Assembly: GCA_965644295.1 (NCBI GenBank)
Contig: CBFFRP010000432.1
Span: 310,001 to 374,000 of the forward strand
DNA: 64,000 nt
DNA from: Paraphysomonas bandaiensis
Lineage: Eukaryota > Protista > Chrysophyceae
Direction: 5' to 3'
The translations under genes were made by a program, and so were the position numbers. Each line of letters begins with the position of its first letter. The stretch's first letter is position 1. Under the pieces are notes generated by a model. It was given only the letters and a program-made list of their open reading frames with translations. It was not told where the DNA came from and did no database searches. Positions 24,221 to 36,639 of this stretch are shown piece by piece.

Positions 24221-27200
24221 ATGGCGTCCACTGTTGTCTTACAAATTCATGATATCACAATTGTTGAATATTTTTTTGAATCTGTATTTGGTTTAAAGAA
24301 ATCAAGAAGTTCAAATTCAATAACTGAAATGAAGGTTCATTCATTGTCTGTGTAAATTATATTGATATATTGACTGCCTATACGGATAGGGCGATAATGG
24401 ACTACTGATTATGCTTGTTGGAGAGGATGCTTTCCGTATGACATCCACTGGAGGAGCTATTGCTTTACCCATGCCTTCTCCATCACATATTATGCAGGAG
24501 GCTGAGCGTTGTAATTACAGGGTTGCCCCAATATGCAACGGCAATGCAGTGCTTGTTGAAGGACCCTGTGCAGTATCTGTTATATGTTACAGTTCTAGTC
24601 AAGACAAAGGCAGAACCCAGCCGAAGAGTTTCATGGATGTGCTGTTGCATGAATCCACCAATCAAGATATTTCGGCTCGAGGTGACTTATGTAGACTATT
24701 GCTAGTAGATATTATATTAAGATATCTGGTGCAGTATCAACTTGTAGTGCTGCTTCACCCCCGGCTACAGTTGCACTGGACAGTAGCACTCCACCTCCCA
24801 GAATTGACAATTTCTCGCTAAAGGTAGATGGATCTCTTAGTTTTATCTATCATTTAGTTCAAAATATACTGTATATATCGGCACTGTCTCTGTTTTGTTA
24901 ACTTTTTGCAGGTCGCATCGTCGGATGGGCGTTATTCCTCTTTTCCTGCCAACTCGCGTGTTCCCAAGGCATTTGAGAATGAATTTTTTGTTGGGGTGGT
25001 GCTACTTGTAGTGCGCACAAAGCCTCTTGACCCATACTTTCGTCATCTATTTGAGAATAACAAGAGAATGTACGTCATGCAAGTGCAGGGTCGATTCAAG
25101 CAAGCTGTTCCGAATCCATCCCAGGTTTTTATCGGTGAGTACTTCTGTCATCAAAATTCTTTGCTTAAATTTGATTGCTTACTAGGAATCGAGTCTGTAT
25201 GTTCGATGGGAATGATGTCAAAAAGTGTGTGCCGAGGCATGCTGAAGCTTCTCTCTAAGGGCAGTCCCGGTGGTGCCAAGTCTATTAGCCACTCACTCGG
25301 GGATGGCAAGGATAATTCCGCATTCGTATCTGTGCCATTGTTAACGGGTGTAGACCGTCTATGCATCACTCCAGCTGGAGAAGATCCGCCACCCATACAG
25401 TTTGAGTTTCCCGAATCAGCTGACCACCGGGTTAAACGCAAAAGTGCTAGTCTTATTAAACAATTCGACACTACCAGTACCTACTCTGTAACCCTCAAGG
25501 GGAAAAATATTGACCTCTGTGAATGGTCCACTTGTGGATTCAGAATGATGAACCCAGTGAATTTGGCGTCTTTTATTGGAGGAAACAGTTCGTTACGGTT
25601 TGTTGCATACAGTGTTCCCAACAGGAAGGGATCGCTTAAAGACAGGGATGTTATTGAGAGTACCCAGGTCTGCGGCGGTGGTAGGCGGAAAGGGTTACGA
25701 TATTTTCTTGAAGTCGACATTGCAGCAACGACAAACTCTGTTGGGTCATCATATCTGGCGTATAATGAAAACTCAGACTCTGAATCTGATGTAGATATGG
25801 AGGGTGATTTTGACGCGGGAAATATATCCGAAGGTCTTACATTTATGTGTATCATGGCTCCAGTTAATTGCTTGCTGTAGAATTAAAGCAGGAAGCGTGC
25901 TCGTCGTTGGAGGTGACAGTTGATGACTTGCCCCCTCCCCAGACAAGAAATTCAAGTACGAGTGGATCGGATGTGTGTTATAGCGTTCCCATCGGTTCCG
26001 CTCCTCATGTGCCCGCTGCGAGTTCGGTAAGTGGGCCATTACGAGAAAGAGTACGAATGGAGTGGATATCCGAAGATATGGACTACTGTATGGCTGCAAT
26101 CGAGATAAATGACCATAGAATGTGAGTGTACTTTTCTCTGTATTTTGCCTACTTTTGATAAAGCGTATATACACTTACAGGGGACGCAGTCGACGAATGG
26201 CGTATATGGTCAAACAAGGTAGTGCGGGGAAAGTAGTGCGTCTCCGGTCTTACATGCAGTTGGCATCCGTGGTTCCATTGCTGATGTTGGGCGACGTCGA
26301 ACATAGTACAACTCGATTGGCTCCCAGTGAGTTAAGACGGCGACAGTTAGCGCTTTCCCTTAAAAAAATGCTCGCTCTCTCGGCCAGCGACCCGAAAGTG
26401 GCAGCAGTACTTGGGGCTATTTTCTCGAGGCCGAATGAGTTAGATAACAATTTTCTTAGGAAAGCCGGAGCTCCTCGAAATCGTATACCTCGCTCAACAA
26501 ACTCACTGGATGGCTCTGTAGATGGAGTGTCACTGCAGATGAACGATCACTCAGTATCATCTACTGATGCAGGAGAGAAGGTGTCAGTGGATGTGTCAGC
26601 GCGATCGGTGTCTCCTGTGCAACAAATGCCTGTTCAGTCCATATATGCATCCCCGCACTTATCATCCACCGGATCGACTTCTTCAGTAGGTGTGCGCATG
26701 GAAGGATCAGTGGCGGTGTGCACTGGGCGAAGATCTTGGTCGGAGGAGTGGGCTGTACTCTCCAGCAACCATTTCAGTATACCGTCTCCACATATGCCGA
26801 AACACCTCAGGTTTCTGCCTCTTTAACACATGACTTAATTAACTGTGCTCTGTAATATATCAAAGGATTCCAAATGTTATTCCCCTCGGTCAGATACGAT
26901 CTGTAAATGTTCTGACTGAAGATCAGAAACCTTTTTCTGGATATGAGTTTTTTACAATTGGCACTGCTGCCCGAGTATATTATTTTTGTGTCAGGGTGAG
27001 ATGGGAATTTCGTGTAGAGGGCTATATATTTAATGTATATTGCAGAATGAGTACATTTTGAGTCAATGGATCGATGCTCTTTTGATGTTTCACAATCGTA
27101 AGTTTATATCTCTGTATTTTTAGTGATCCGCACTTATTTTTTGATAGCTCCATCATCTCCCGCATTTGGCGTTGAAAATTTGGTTGATAGCAGTTCTGGC

Positions 27201-28957
27201 GCTGGAAGTGGTGGAATTATGGGTGACCATCTCGCTGAGGAGCCTGAAGCATGTGTGGTGAGCCCTGGTAACTTTGCACATACCCAGTCTAGGGCACTCA
27301 ACCATAGATGCGTGTCCTTCAGAGGTGGGCCAAATATTCACACTTTGTAAGTCATTTGCTTGCATTGTACTCCTCTGGCTAATTTATTACAGATCCTCCA
27401 TAGAATTGTCCAAGCAACTTCTATGTCGCATTTTAAAAATTTGTGAGAATTGTGGTCATAAGCGTAATGTAAGCCCGGCCTCCTCTGATTGGGTAGAATT
27501 CTCCGAAATGGCAGCACTGCTACAGTCTGTCACACTTGTCGGCCTAACGAAGCCGTGTTTGGTTGCATTTTTTCTTAATATTTTCCACACGATTTTGCTT
27601 CATGCATTCGTCGTACTTGGTATGCCGTCTTCAGGAATGGAGTGGCGCTCATTCAAGATAGCAGCTAGCTATGAAATTGCCGGAGACCTCATGTCGTTAC
27701 GAGATATTGATGAATATATTCTGGGTACTACCATTCATGAGTTCTTTTGTATCTAACTGATTTCATGTAGGTAATCTATGCAACAAAGTAGTGTTCTTCA
27801 ATATGCTGCGTGTCAGTATATCTCACACAGATGCTGCAAAGCAGATTGAGAGCCGACGACCGCGCCATGTTGACCCGTCACTTATTTTCCCCTCGGCAGG
27901 CCTTTATATGGGCGAATTACTTGACCCCGGGCTATTGCAAGAAAGCAGTGGTACGCCAATATCAGTACCGACAGCATGCGGTGATTGGCGTGTAGCCTTA
28001 TGTACTACCACTGGGTGTATGGGAATGCCGAATAGCATTATTATCTTTGATGGGGCGGATTTAGAGATACAGTTGCACATGCGATGTCGAGAGGTACTCA
28101 TGGAGAAAGTGACTATAGATAGTAGCCCACCATCTCTGCTGTATAACTCTCCCTCTGTAACTCTCCCGCGATCTTTGTCTAACCTTGTACCTTTGACACC
28201 TACTGCTAGTGAAGGACGAGGAAGTCCTGTGTCTCATGGTAGCGTGTCCGGTTCGACTACGCCAGTACAAGATAATCCACGCACCTGGCTTCCCCAGGTG
28301 ATGAAGTACTTGACTGGAGAAAAATATGAGGCCCTTCAGGGTCTACTGGACCAATCAATACGGTTATACGTATTCTTTGCGGTGGAGGATTTCAGCTCTT
28401 TTCGGTATCTTACACTAGCGAGTGATTGTGGTGCATTAAGTGGTGATAGTGACCTGGACGACGAGTCCACTCCCGTAGGATCTGCATGGGGACGAGATAC
28501 AATCGGAGACAGCAATCGGAATAGTCCTGTACTTCTCGACCCATCTGAATGCACTGGCGGCGATACCAACAATTATGTGCGCCCTGTCTCTCTACGTGAA
28601 AGTAATAAAGACAGCTCACCTTCAGTGAAAGTACGAGGAATAGCTGCCACTGAGGATTTGACATCAGGAAGGTCGAAAAGCGTAGACGGGGCTTTTTCTA
28701 GCCCTTCGGTGAAGCGTAGCACAGACACACCTTCTCCAACATCGATGAATTTGCGACTTGACCTTGACGACACGATAATAGATGGCGATGATAACGATGA
28801 TTTCTCGGGTGATGGTAGACCTCCACGCCCGATAAAAGTTCGTATACCAGTGGAAGAAGTACGAGCAGTTCTGACACAAGGGACCCAAGATGACCCCAAG
28901 GCCAAGAAGAAAAAGAAAAGATTTACATGGAAGTCCGGAAAGAGCAGCAAGTCATAA
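24221..28957 (+). CDS. Multi-exon DUF1769 + PH-like + DUF547-like protein with polybasic C-terminus
   Basis: FENEFFVGVVLLVVR...FENNKRMYVMQVQGRFK (DUF1769); MEGSV...WSEEWAVL...YYFCV...QWIDAL (PH-like); LVAFFLNIFHTILLHA...YEIAGDLMSLRDID (DUF547-like). Ends KAKKKKKRFTWKSGKSSKS. Start is tentative. Confidence 0.65.
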
Positions 28958-29630
28958 TATGTAGTGTGAAGGCTTGTTATCAGTCTGCATTTGTACTCTG
29001 ACTGATAGTAATGTATTGTGTTGTTTGATATATGTTCCTAGTTAAATGCATTCAATCATACATTGTGTCGCAATTTTTCTGGAGCATAGTTATGATCTAG
29101 TTATTCTTCTTACCATTGATCACACGTCCTCCGAGTTGTACTTACGAAAATGTATGACGAATGCTAGAAGAACTATCTAACGTTGAAATCATAGTGCTAA
29201 ACCCAATCTGTACTACTTATATTATAATCCTAGGCTGAACTAGAACGCAAACTAAGCTACAACCAGTGTTGTTATCTGTATATCTGTATAACGCTAAATG
29301 AGAGGGTGTTTCTTTAATTCATATAGCCGTTCTATAAGAAAACCATTGCGTGGCACTGTTTTAAAGTCCAAAACATGATACTTAACATGACTAAATAGTA
29401 AATGGGCACGTGTCGGAATAGGATTATCTGTTCAGAGTAGACAAATTCGTCAGATCTAGCTCTAGGGCACTCTAGGGTACCATTACAAGGGAAATGTTTT
29501 CCTTGGCGAAAGAACTCATCAAAATCAAACGCGTAGCCAGGTTGTGCTTCGGTTCAATCAATCAACTTCAATACTATCCAACTAAAAGCTGTATGTTAAT
29601 TATAATTTTACTATGTGATTAATGGAGTTA

Positions 29631-29717
29631 TCAGAGTTAAGAAATAGTTAGTGAAATTGCAATGCTATATTACTTTAGACTCTTACACGCCTATTGCTAA
29701 TAATACATTCACTACTG
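29631..29717. repeat. Copy 3 (fragment) of the dispersed repeat family
   Basis: tcagagttaagaaatagttagtgaaattgcaatgcta...gactcttacacgcctattgctaataatacattcactact resembles 22881-22969 and 10709-10760. Confidence 0.65.
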
Positions 29718-30251
29718 ATTAATGGAGTGAGTTTAATTTTCAGTTACTTTAACTTTATCTATCCTAATGTCAAACACTGATAACTGATATTAACGAACAA
29801 CAACGAATTCAAGAGCACTAAAATCACAGTGGCCCCACCTTAGCGCAAATAGATTTCGTAGCAAAAGAAGTAGTTGACGAGATTCATTCACATTATTTTT
29901 CTTTACTCTGGTTTATTATACTAGACACTATAGGTCATATAGAAACGAGGAAAAGTATGTCGCATTGTATTTCTATACTCAAACTCTATTTTTCACTCTG
30001 CTTGCGGTCATAACCCCTTTTACTCTGAAAATAAAATATATTTTTCGTCCAATACCTGTGTGTTTTACGATTGCCAAGTTAATCGGCGAATCTCGATTAG
30101 TTGTATATATAAACTGCTGATATCCACTCGATATACACCAATTAGGAAGGAATCACAGACACGTATAAAAGTCTCTGTAGTTGGAATAACGCAGAATTTA
30201 CTTAAGTTAAAGTGGCTATGAGACTCGTACACTATTCACATAACTATATTC

Positions 30252-31350
30252 TTAGAGGCCACCTAGCATATTCTGAATCATTGACATCATATTCGGAGCA
30301 GACTCAATTCCGAAAAGATTCTTTGCAATAGGACCTGTGGATATCAATACTTAGAATTTCTTCCAAATGAATTGTACACTTCTACCTTTCAACATTGTCA
30401 TCGCTGCGGGATCAAAGTTCAAATACGCTGAATACACCTGCACCAGTTTCTGTTTCTGGTCAACACTGCAAACGCACAAATTATATTCAAACCTTAAATA
30501 ATGGTTTGGCATCCCGAAGGCTAGTCTGGAGGAGTCGATCACAGAACTCTATCAGAGGATCGCTGGAACAATCGGAGCCATGGTGCTAAAATATGACGGT
30601 TACAGGTCAAAAATACTTAGAGAAAGACAAACTCACACCTGCTTCATAGAAGTCATGAGCGTGTTTGCATCACGGATATTCTCATACGCTAAGAAATATA
30701 ATATAGAGAGTGTGCCTAACTCATGTCGCGTCTGTTTATTATCCGGTGATCCATAATCCTCTACAATCTGTGAAACATATATGATCGAGTCTATCGCATA
30801 CACGTATTTCTCTACTTTACCATGCTCCACAATGACTCAGGCGACTCGCCGAGTACATAGTGTTTCAAAGACTGTCGATGCTCGCCGCTTCGCCATAGTG
30901 CCTCTCCAAGTTGAGATTGAAGTATAGGATCACCATGCACACGCTGCCCCTGTGAATGTATTACAATCCACCACAATAGTAAACATATAATCATACATTT
31001 TCCATGGAATATTTCACACATGATCTTAAAAACATCGCACGAGCTGGTGATGATATTACAAATGATTCATTAATCTGATTAATTAAACTCCTGTTATCAG
31101 GCGATAATTCTTGAGATGTTTCTTCAATCAATTCAATGAATAGTTTACTCAATTCAATTCCTGCACTTTCATAATTACTTTTTAATAATTGAATAGTTCC
31201 ATCTGTTGCTACTAATAAAGCTTCATTAAGTTGTCCCTTATTTCTTAATCGACTGACTTTACTCTTATATAACTGAAGGGCTTCATATGCACCATCTGGA
31301 CCTGTGCATATCATAGCTTTAAGATCAACGCCTTTCCTTCGACCTCTCAT
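30252..31350 (-). CDS. GET4: Golgi-to-ER traffic protein 4 homolog, multi-exon
   Basis: GAYEALQLYKS...ESAGIELS, HGDPILQSQLG, LAYENIRDAN, PLIEFCDRLLQTSLRDAKPLFK, and a C-terminal MMSMIQNMLGGL stop, matching the GET4/TRC35 pattern. Confidence 0.8.
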
Positions 31351-31569
31351 GATTATTGTAACAAAGGAAAGAGAGGGTTGGTAGTGTTTATGAATATATG
31401 AAATCTCTTAATGGGGTGGGATATCATACACACATGCTGTGCTGCAGACAAGTCTGTGAAGCTCTGTCATGCATATTATTGAGGGTTTTTACAAGTCGAA
31501 AACCCCACATATCTGTACGAAGTGGATATTTTCTAGAGTACATATACAGTTGCTGTGTGTGTACTGCAG

Positions 31570-31765
31570 TACATACATACATACATACATACATACATAC
31601 ATACATACATACATACATACATACATACATACATACATACATACATACATACATACATACATACATACATACATACATACATACATACATACATACATAC
31701 ATACATACATACATACATACATACATACATACATACATACATACATACATACATACATACATACA

Positions 31766-31795
<30 letters not shown>
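31570..31795. repeat. (TACA)n microsatellite, about 56 units
   Basis: Read directly. It lies between two divergently transcribed genes. Confidence 0.98.
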
Positions 31796-31796
<1 letters not shown>

Positions 31797-31900
31797 TACA
31801 ATAAGATATACACAGTAATTAACTTATTGGTGGCACCCACTCACATTCACTGCTATTACGTTGGAAATATTATCACACAGAAATAAGTTAATTCTCTAGT

Positions 31901-32224
31901 ATGAAAGGATTACTGTATGCTCTGTTGTTAGTATGTTCGGCGTATCAGCCGCATATATTTTGCGTTGCTGTTGAGAGTGAAGCCTCATATACGGGTGACC
32001 ACATTATTGGCTATGGGCGAAGATTGGATGAAGATGATGATGGTGATGAAGACTGGTTTGATTTATCTATTGGTGAGCGCGTAGCTATTGTCATTATAAG
32101 TATTGTATCAGCTGCTTTCTCTATTGGCCTGTGTATCTATATTAAGTGCTATTCCGAGAAGACGTCTAGTGTGAAAACACCTCTTACTTCACAAGGTGCA
32201 TCGGGAATGGATGCCCCGATGTAG
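31901..32224 (+). CDS. Small single-pass membrane protein with signal peptide
   Basis: 107 aa: hydrophobic N-terminus, RRL plus acidic tract, TM segment (VAIVIISIVSAAFSIGLCIYI) and short tail. Confidence 0.65.
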   Translation: MKGLLYALLLVCSAYQPHIFCVAVESEASYTGDHIIGYGRRLDEDDDGDEDWFDLSIGERVAIVIISIVSAAFSIGLCIYIKCYSEKTSSVKTPLTSQGASGMDAPM

Positions 32225-32791
32225 GGCCATGGAAAAGTTATAAGTATTGTAAGGTCATTTGGTAGATAAATATGCATACCGATTTGATCTCAATAGTGTG
32301 ATTTGTGATATCCCGTGAAATAAATAATTCTAACTATCGATCATCGTAAAGATAATACATAGTACATGAAATCTGGCATAAAGAATAATTTTTAACGCAA
32401 ATTATATCCGATAAGCATTCTGTTTGGTGTCTTCACTGAACTACACACACTCGACGGGCCGTCATTGTGTTCTGATGGGCATACTATTCTGCAAGATATA
32501 TTCCTAACAAAGAACGATAGGTGCTCACCAAAGAAATATAATAACTACTAAATGAATATTTCGATAATATCAATATACAAAATTCGATCACTTTGTTCAT
32601 GTTTATTTTATATAAGGAAAATTACATTGAATACTCGAAATCAGAATACCCCTTTCACATAATCAATTAACAGACATAAATTGCATTAAATAAATGAGTA
32701 CATATAGCTGCGGAAGTATACCGTTGGAGAACTAAAAAATCTCAGCAGCCATCCACGAGAACACAAAGTACTTTAAATTGGAGATTGCACG

Positions 32792-33961
32792 TTAATGATC
32801 CCAGAAAGGTTCAGGAGACCAATCCCAATCCAAAGGCAAATTGCACACCACCTCTCCATCCACTCCGTCAAAAAACTGCTTGCCGGATGCCTTTGTCCAT
32901 CCTCCAAATGGAGAGTAGTCGTAATCATAAAATGATGGGATGTTATCATAGTGGGCATAAGTTAGAGGTATATCAGAGAAAGCCGTAAAATTTTCACCAA
33001 AATTAGCTCCCCAAGTCGACCCCGTGTACATAGTCATAGGAACCCCAGATTCATCAAATACACTCCTCAAACTAAGCAAAAAAGCTTGGTTCTCTTCTTG
33101 ACTGTACTCTGTCCACTTATCCCCTTCAACATCAAGCATAACAGCATTGTACCTCACTCCGTAGAAGGAAAGATTCGCCAGAAGTTGTTGGGCCTGTACG
33201 ACGGGGTCAGTATACCGCTCTGGAAACATATACACGTCCACATATTTAAAACCGGCTGACCATGCATTGGCTACATTGTCCACACACTCCATCCAGAAAG
33301 TTCCATCCCCGGACTCGCGCCAGCATTCGAACACACCATATTCGAAACCTTGATCGAGCAAACATTTCAGTGTATCCACAGACACGTTTCCCTGTGGCCA
33401 GCCTGCATCGAACCAGTAGTGGCCAGGGAGTGAGATGTTGCATTGTGTGGTGAGAAGATGCCACGATTGGTAATCTACAATTTTCCCTGATACCTCACTG
33501 GCACCACGCTGTTCTTGAAACTGAGACAGGGACTGCGCAGTGATATCATCGAAAACACCAGTAATATCAACAACAAATCCGTTCGCTGATAAAGAGTCTT
33601 GTAACGCCATCACGGGTTTCCCACTGTCTCCGTAATTAAGAGGGGTGACAGAATCAATAAGTGTCGGCCAAGTATCGATATTCAAATAACCATTAACAGT
33701 GAGTCCTTCCTGAGATTGGAACCTCTCAATCTGTTCAGTTGTTTCACTTGTAAATATACCATCCGCCTCAATATCTTCATTCAAGGTATAGCTAAGTAAA
33801 TACTGAGCTAAACGTGTATTCCATTCAGGAAATTTTCCAGTTTCATGTAGAGAGGGCCACCCGCATATACTGCGCGGCATATCGGATAAATCCAACTCAC
33901 CTGCTGCCGCACTGCTTATCCATATGGATATAAGAGCTAGGCGACAAAGATAGACGATCAT
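32792..33961 (-). CDS. Secreted lysozyme: two peptidoglycan-binding domains + GH25 (protist Lys1-type) muramidase
   Basis: Signal MIVYLCRLALISIWISSAAA (likely start 33961). PGBD repeats AQYLL...DGIFTSET...IERFQSQEGLTVNG...TW and LQDSL...TGVFDDIT...SQFQ...GKIVD...W. GH25 motifs KCLLDQGF, NAWSAG...VDVYMFP, MLDVEG, YAHYD, FGGW...KQF. Intronless. Confidence 0.85.
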   Translation of the reverse strand: MIVYLCRLALISIWISSAAAGELDLSDMPRSICGWPSLHETGKFPEWNTRLAQYLLSYTLNEDIEADGIFTSETTEQIERFQSQEGLTVNGYLNIDTWPTLIDSVTPLNYGDSGKPVMALQDSLSANGFVVDITGVFDDITAQSLSQFQEQRGASEVSGKIVDYQSWHLLTTQCNISLPGHYWFDAGWPQGNVSVDTLKCLLDQGFEYGVFECWRESGDGTFWMECVDNVANAWSAGFKYVDVYMFPERYTDPVVQAQQLLANLSFYGVRYNAVMLDVEGDKWTEYSQEENQAFLLSLRSVFDESGVPMTMYTGSTWGANFGENFTAFSDIPLTYAHYDNIPSFYDYDYSPFGGWTKASGKQFFDGVDGEVVCNLPLDWDWSPEPFWDH

Positions 33962-34329
33962 TATTGGAGTGGTTTTGTATAGGGGTTTGTTGTGTAGGCT
34001 ACTTGTGATGTATGAATGATGAATGAACATCTGCCTGTGCTCTGTATGTATATATACTGTACTTAATATACGTACATAGATACGTGTATTAACTGCTATG
34101 GTCTATAGTACATGTATCCTACCAGACAAGTCCAGAAAAACGAGAAAAGTTCTCACTCATCATCACCACTCACTATTCCCCACACCCTCAGATTAAAGGA
34201 TGGCGGCAATTTATTTTTTTCTCCCATTTTTTCTATTTTTACTATTTTACCCTAAAAATACAGCATTCTATTAAGAAAAGGGTAGATGTAAAAAAGGTAA
34301 TTTATTGCATACGGTTTACCCCAATAATG

Positions 34330-34640
34330 GAGCTCTATCTGTGGAAGAGATAAAAGACGTGATAGACACATTAAAAGATAGCAACAAATACAAGACAATA
34401 TCGACATAAGACAGCAATGTCACAACCCTTTAAAGCAAAGATAAGACGAGGTTTATTCGTGGCATCATTAAGTGGGTTATTCCAGTCGTTATTAAGCATC
34501 TTATTGAGCAAGCAGGCGATCTGGTAATTATGAAGAAGAAGAGCAGTAGAAGGCCAAAAGTTGACTTAAATATACGGAGTCTATATATATTTATACTCAT
34601 AGAGCGTATAACTTTTATCTTTTCTATAGTGAGAGTATGA
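34330..34640. mobile_element. Possible non-LTR retrotransposon relic
   Basis: Plus-strand LSVEEIKDVIDTLKDSNK resembles the segment preceding LINE RT domains. Highly degraded. Confidence 0.25.
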
Positions 34641-36639
34641 AAATATGTACAGAGTTGAAACACATTGACACACGCTCACACCCTTAATATGCATATCACC
34701 AGTATTCATCACAGTGAGCCCTTGAGCCGAGTGCACCTTCATAGATATCGTAAAAACATATAAATCATAAGTATATATACTGTGACAGCAGGTAACCCAA
34801 GATATAATAATAATAAGCTTGTAATTTACTATTCCAATACAGATATAGTTCTCCTCTATATGTCAACCACCAGAGGCTGTTAGGTGACCTCCAGATGATG
34901 AAAAACATGACAAGTACATTGTATACAATATGAACATTGTATGTTTAGCTATATTTTGGCTTTATACACATGTTGACACGTATGGAAACTCTTTTCACAC
35001 CAACTACTAATTGTACATTATACCCCAATCACAAGCACTTACATGCACCACCCCATCAGCCCCCATATCGCCCCCAGAGGAAACCAAAGCTACAAAGTAC
35101 ACTCTATTCTATGTCTACAATGCTTTTATAATCTTGAAAATGTATATATATATATATTATAACAATTGAATATTATGCACTCCTCTCTCCTAATTCTGCG
35201 TACTGCCTAGGTATAGCCACTAGCCAAGGCACCCATGTATGCTACCTCATTGCCTTACAACCTTCCCTCAGTACCCCTGTATGCTTTTATTATATTATTA
35301 CCCCATTATGGAGTTGGTTGTAGTTTAATGTGTGGATATAACTCAATACATACGCACTACAAAATCTATGAATATTAAAACTACCGGAAACTTTCTCGGA
35401 CAGCACTTCAACACCCCCAAGCGATGATTCAAACACTTAATTACGGAAATAATAATCATAGGCAAGATTGGCTTACTAAAAATATATATATCCAAACTAA
35501 TCGAAGTTAATTTCTTTGCTTTCTCATTTAGAAATTCATGTACACCTTTGTGCCAAGTTTAAACCTTTCACAAGTTGTACATTCCATGAAGCTTTGGACT
35601 ATAATTCTTGATACTGGATAGTTCTTGACTTGGATCACTATCAATAATAACTCTTGTTTTGTCCTCTCGATATATATGCTTCTAATTGATCTTATGAAGG
35701 TTTTGGTACATCCCGATATTTAACGTTTCAACACATGCAAACATTAAAAAGTAATTTGACGGCATCACTGACATTGCCGTTCGGCATACGCATCAACACG
35801 TCTCTCAACTGTAGCACTACAAAGGCTTGCTTCGATTGCCAATCAATTCGAAGGCAGTGGCCACAGTCAATGCATTTCCTGGCTCGGATCGCAAAAACAA
35901 CAACTGACAGGAATTAAGCACTCTCACATCACCGGTTTGTGCACATCTCTATGAAACTACAACAATTCTAATTATCATCAATCAATTTACACTGCTCTGA
36001 CTGACCCTGGTAAGTGTAATACCAGACACCTTTGTGGCAACCGTAGTGGAGTATGAAGCCACCCAATGAGAGGTAGGGCATATTAGACTGCCTAATATCG
36101 ATACTTAAACAGTTCTTAGGTATTGTCATCGCGCCTTATGGTGGCCACTGGAACATATTTGTTATTTCATGACGTTCGCTTATTCACTGGGAATACTGAC
36201 CTGATTACACACGGTAGATATTGTCAGTAAGGCACATAGTAGTAATAAGAGTCCTCTACAAGACTATATATATATAAGTACTTTTATGCAGCCATACGCT
36301 CGATATGGTCGTTAAGAGGGACGTACATTAACGCTGAATCACGTACATAAACGCTGAATTCTGCAGACCAGAATATCTCCACTTCAACCCCCTCCTACAC
36401 ACACTCCCATACAAAAAAACAGAATTCATTTTTCTGGACTTGTGTGGTAGGAATGTACATGTATACGTATACGTATACCACATGGACGTATGTACTCCAG
36501 GTACTGCAGTACATACCGCAGCAGTCATACATACAGCAGTACACATCATGGATTGGAATTCCAACATGCATGTCCACATGCACACAATCAACAACTATTG
36601 CAGTGCACCCTTACATGAGATGTTTATTCCCACTTTCTC

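Noticed and set aside
31398-31886. HTYI/MYVC repeat ORFs (also at 62945-63618)
   Set aside because: Translation artefacts of the stop-free (TACA)n microsatellite.
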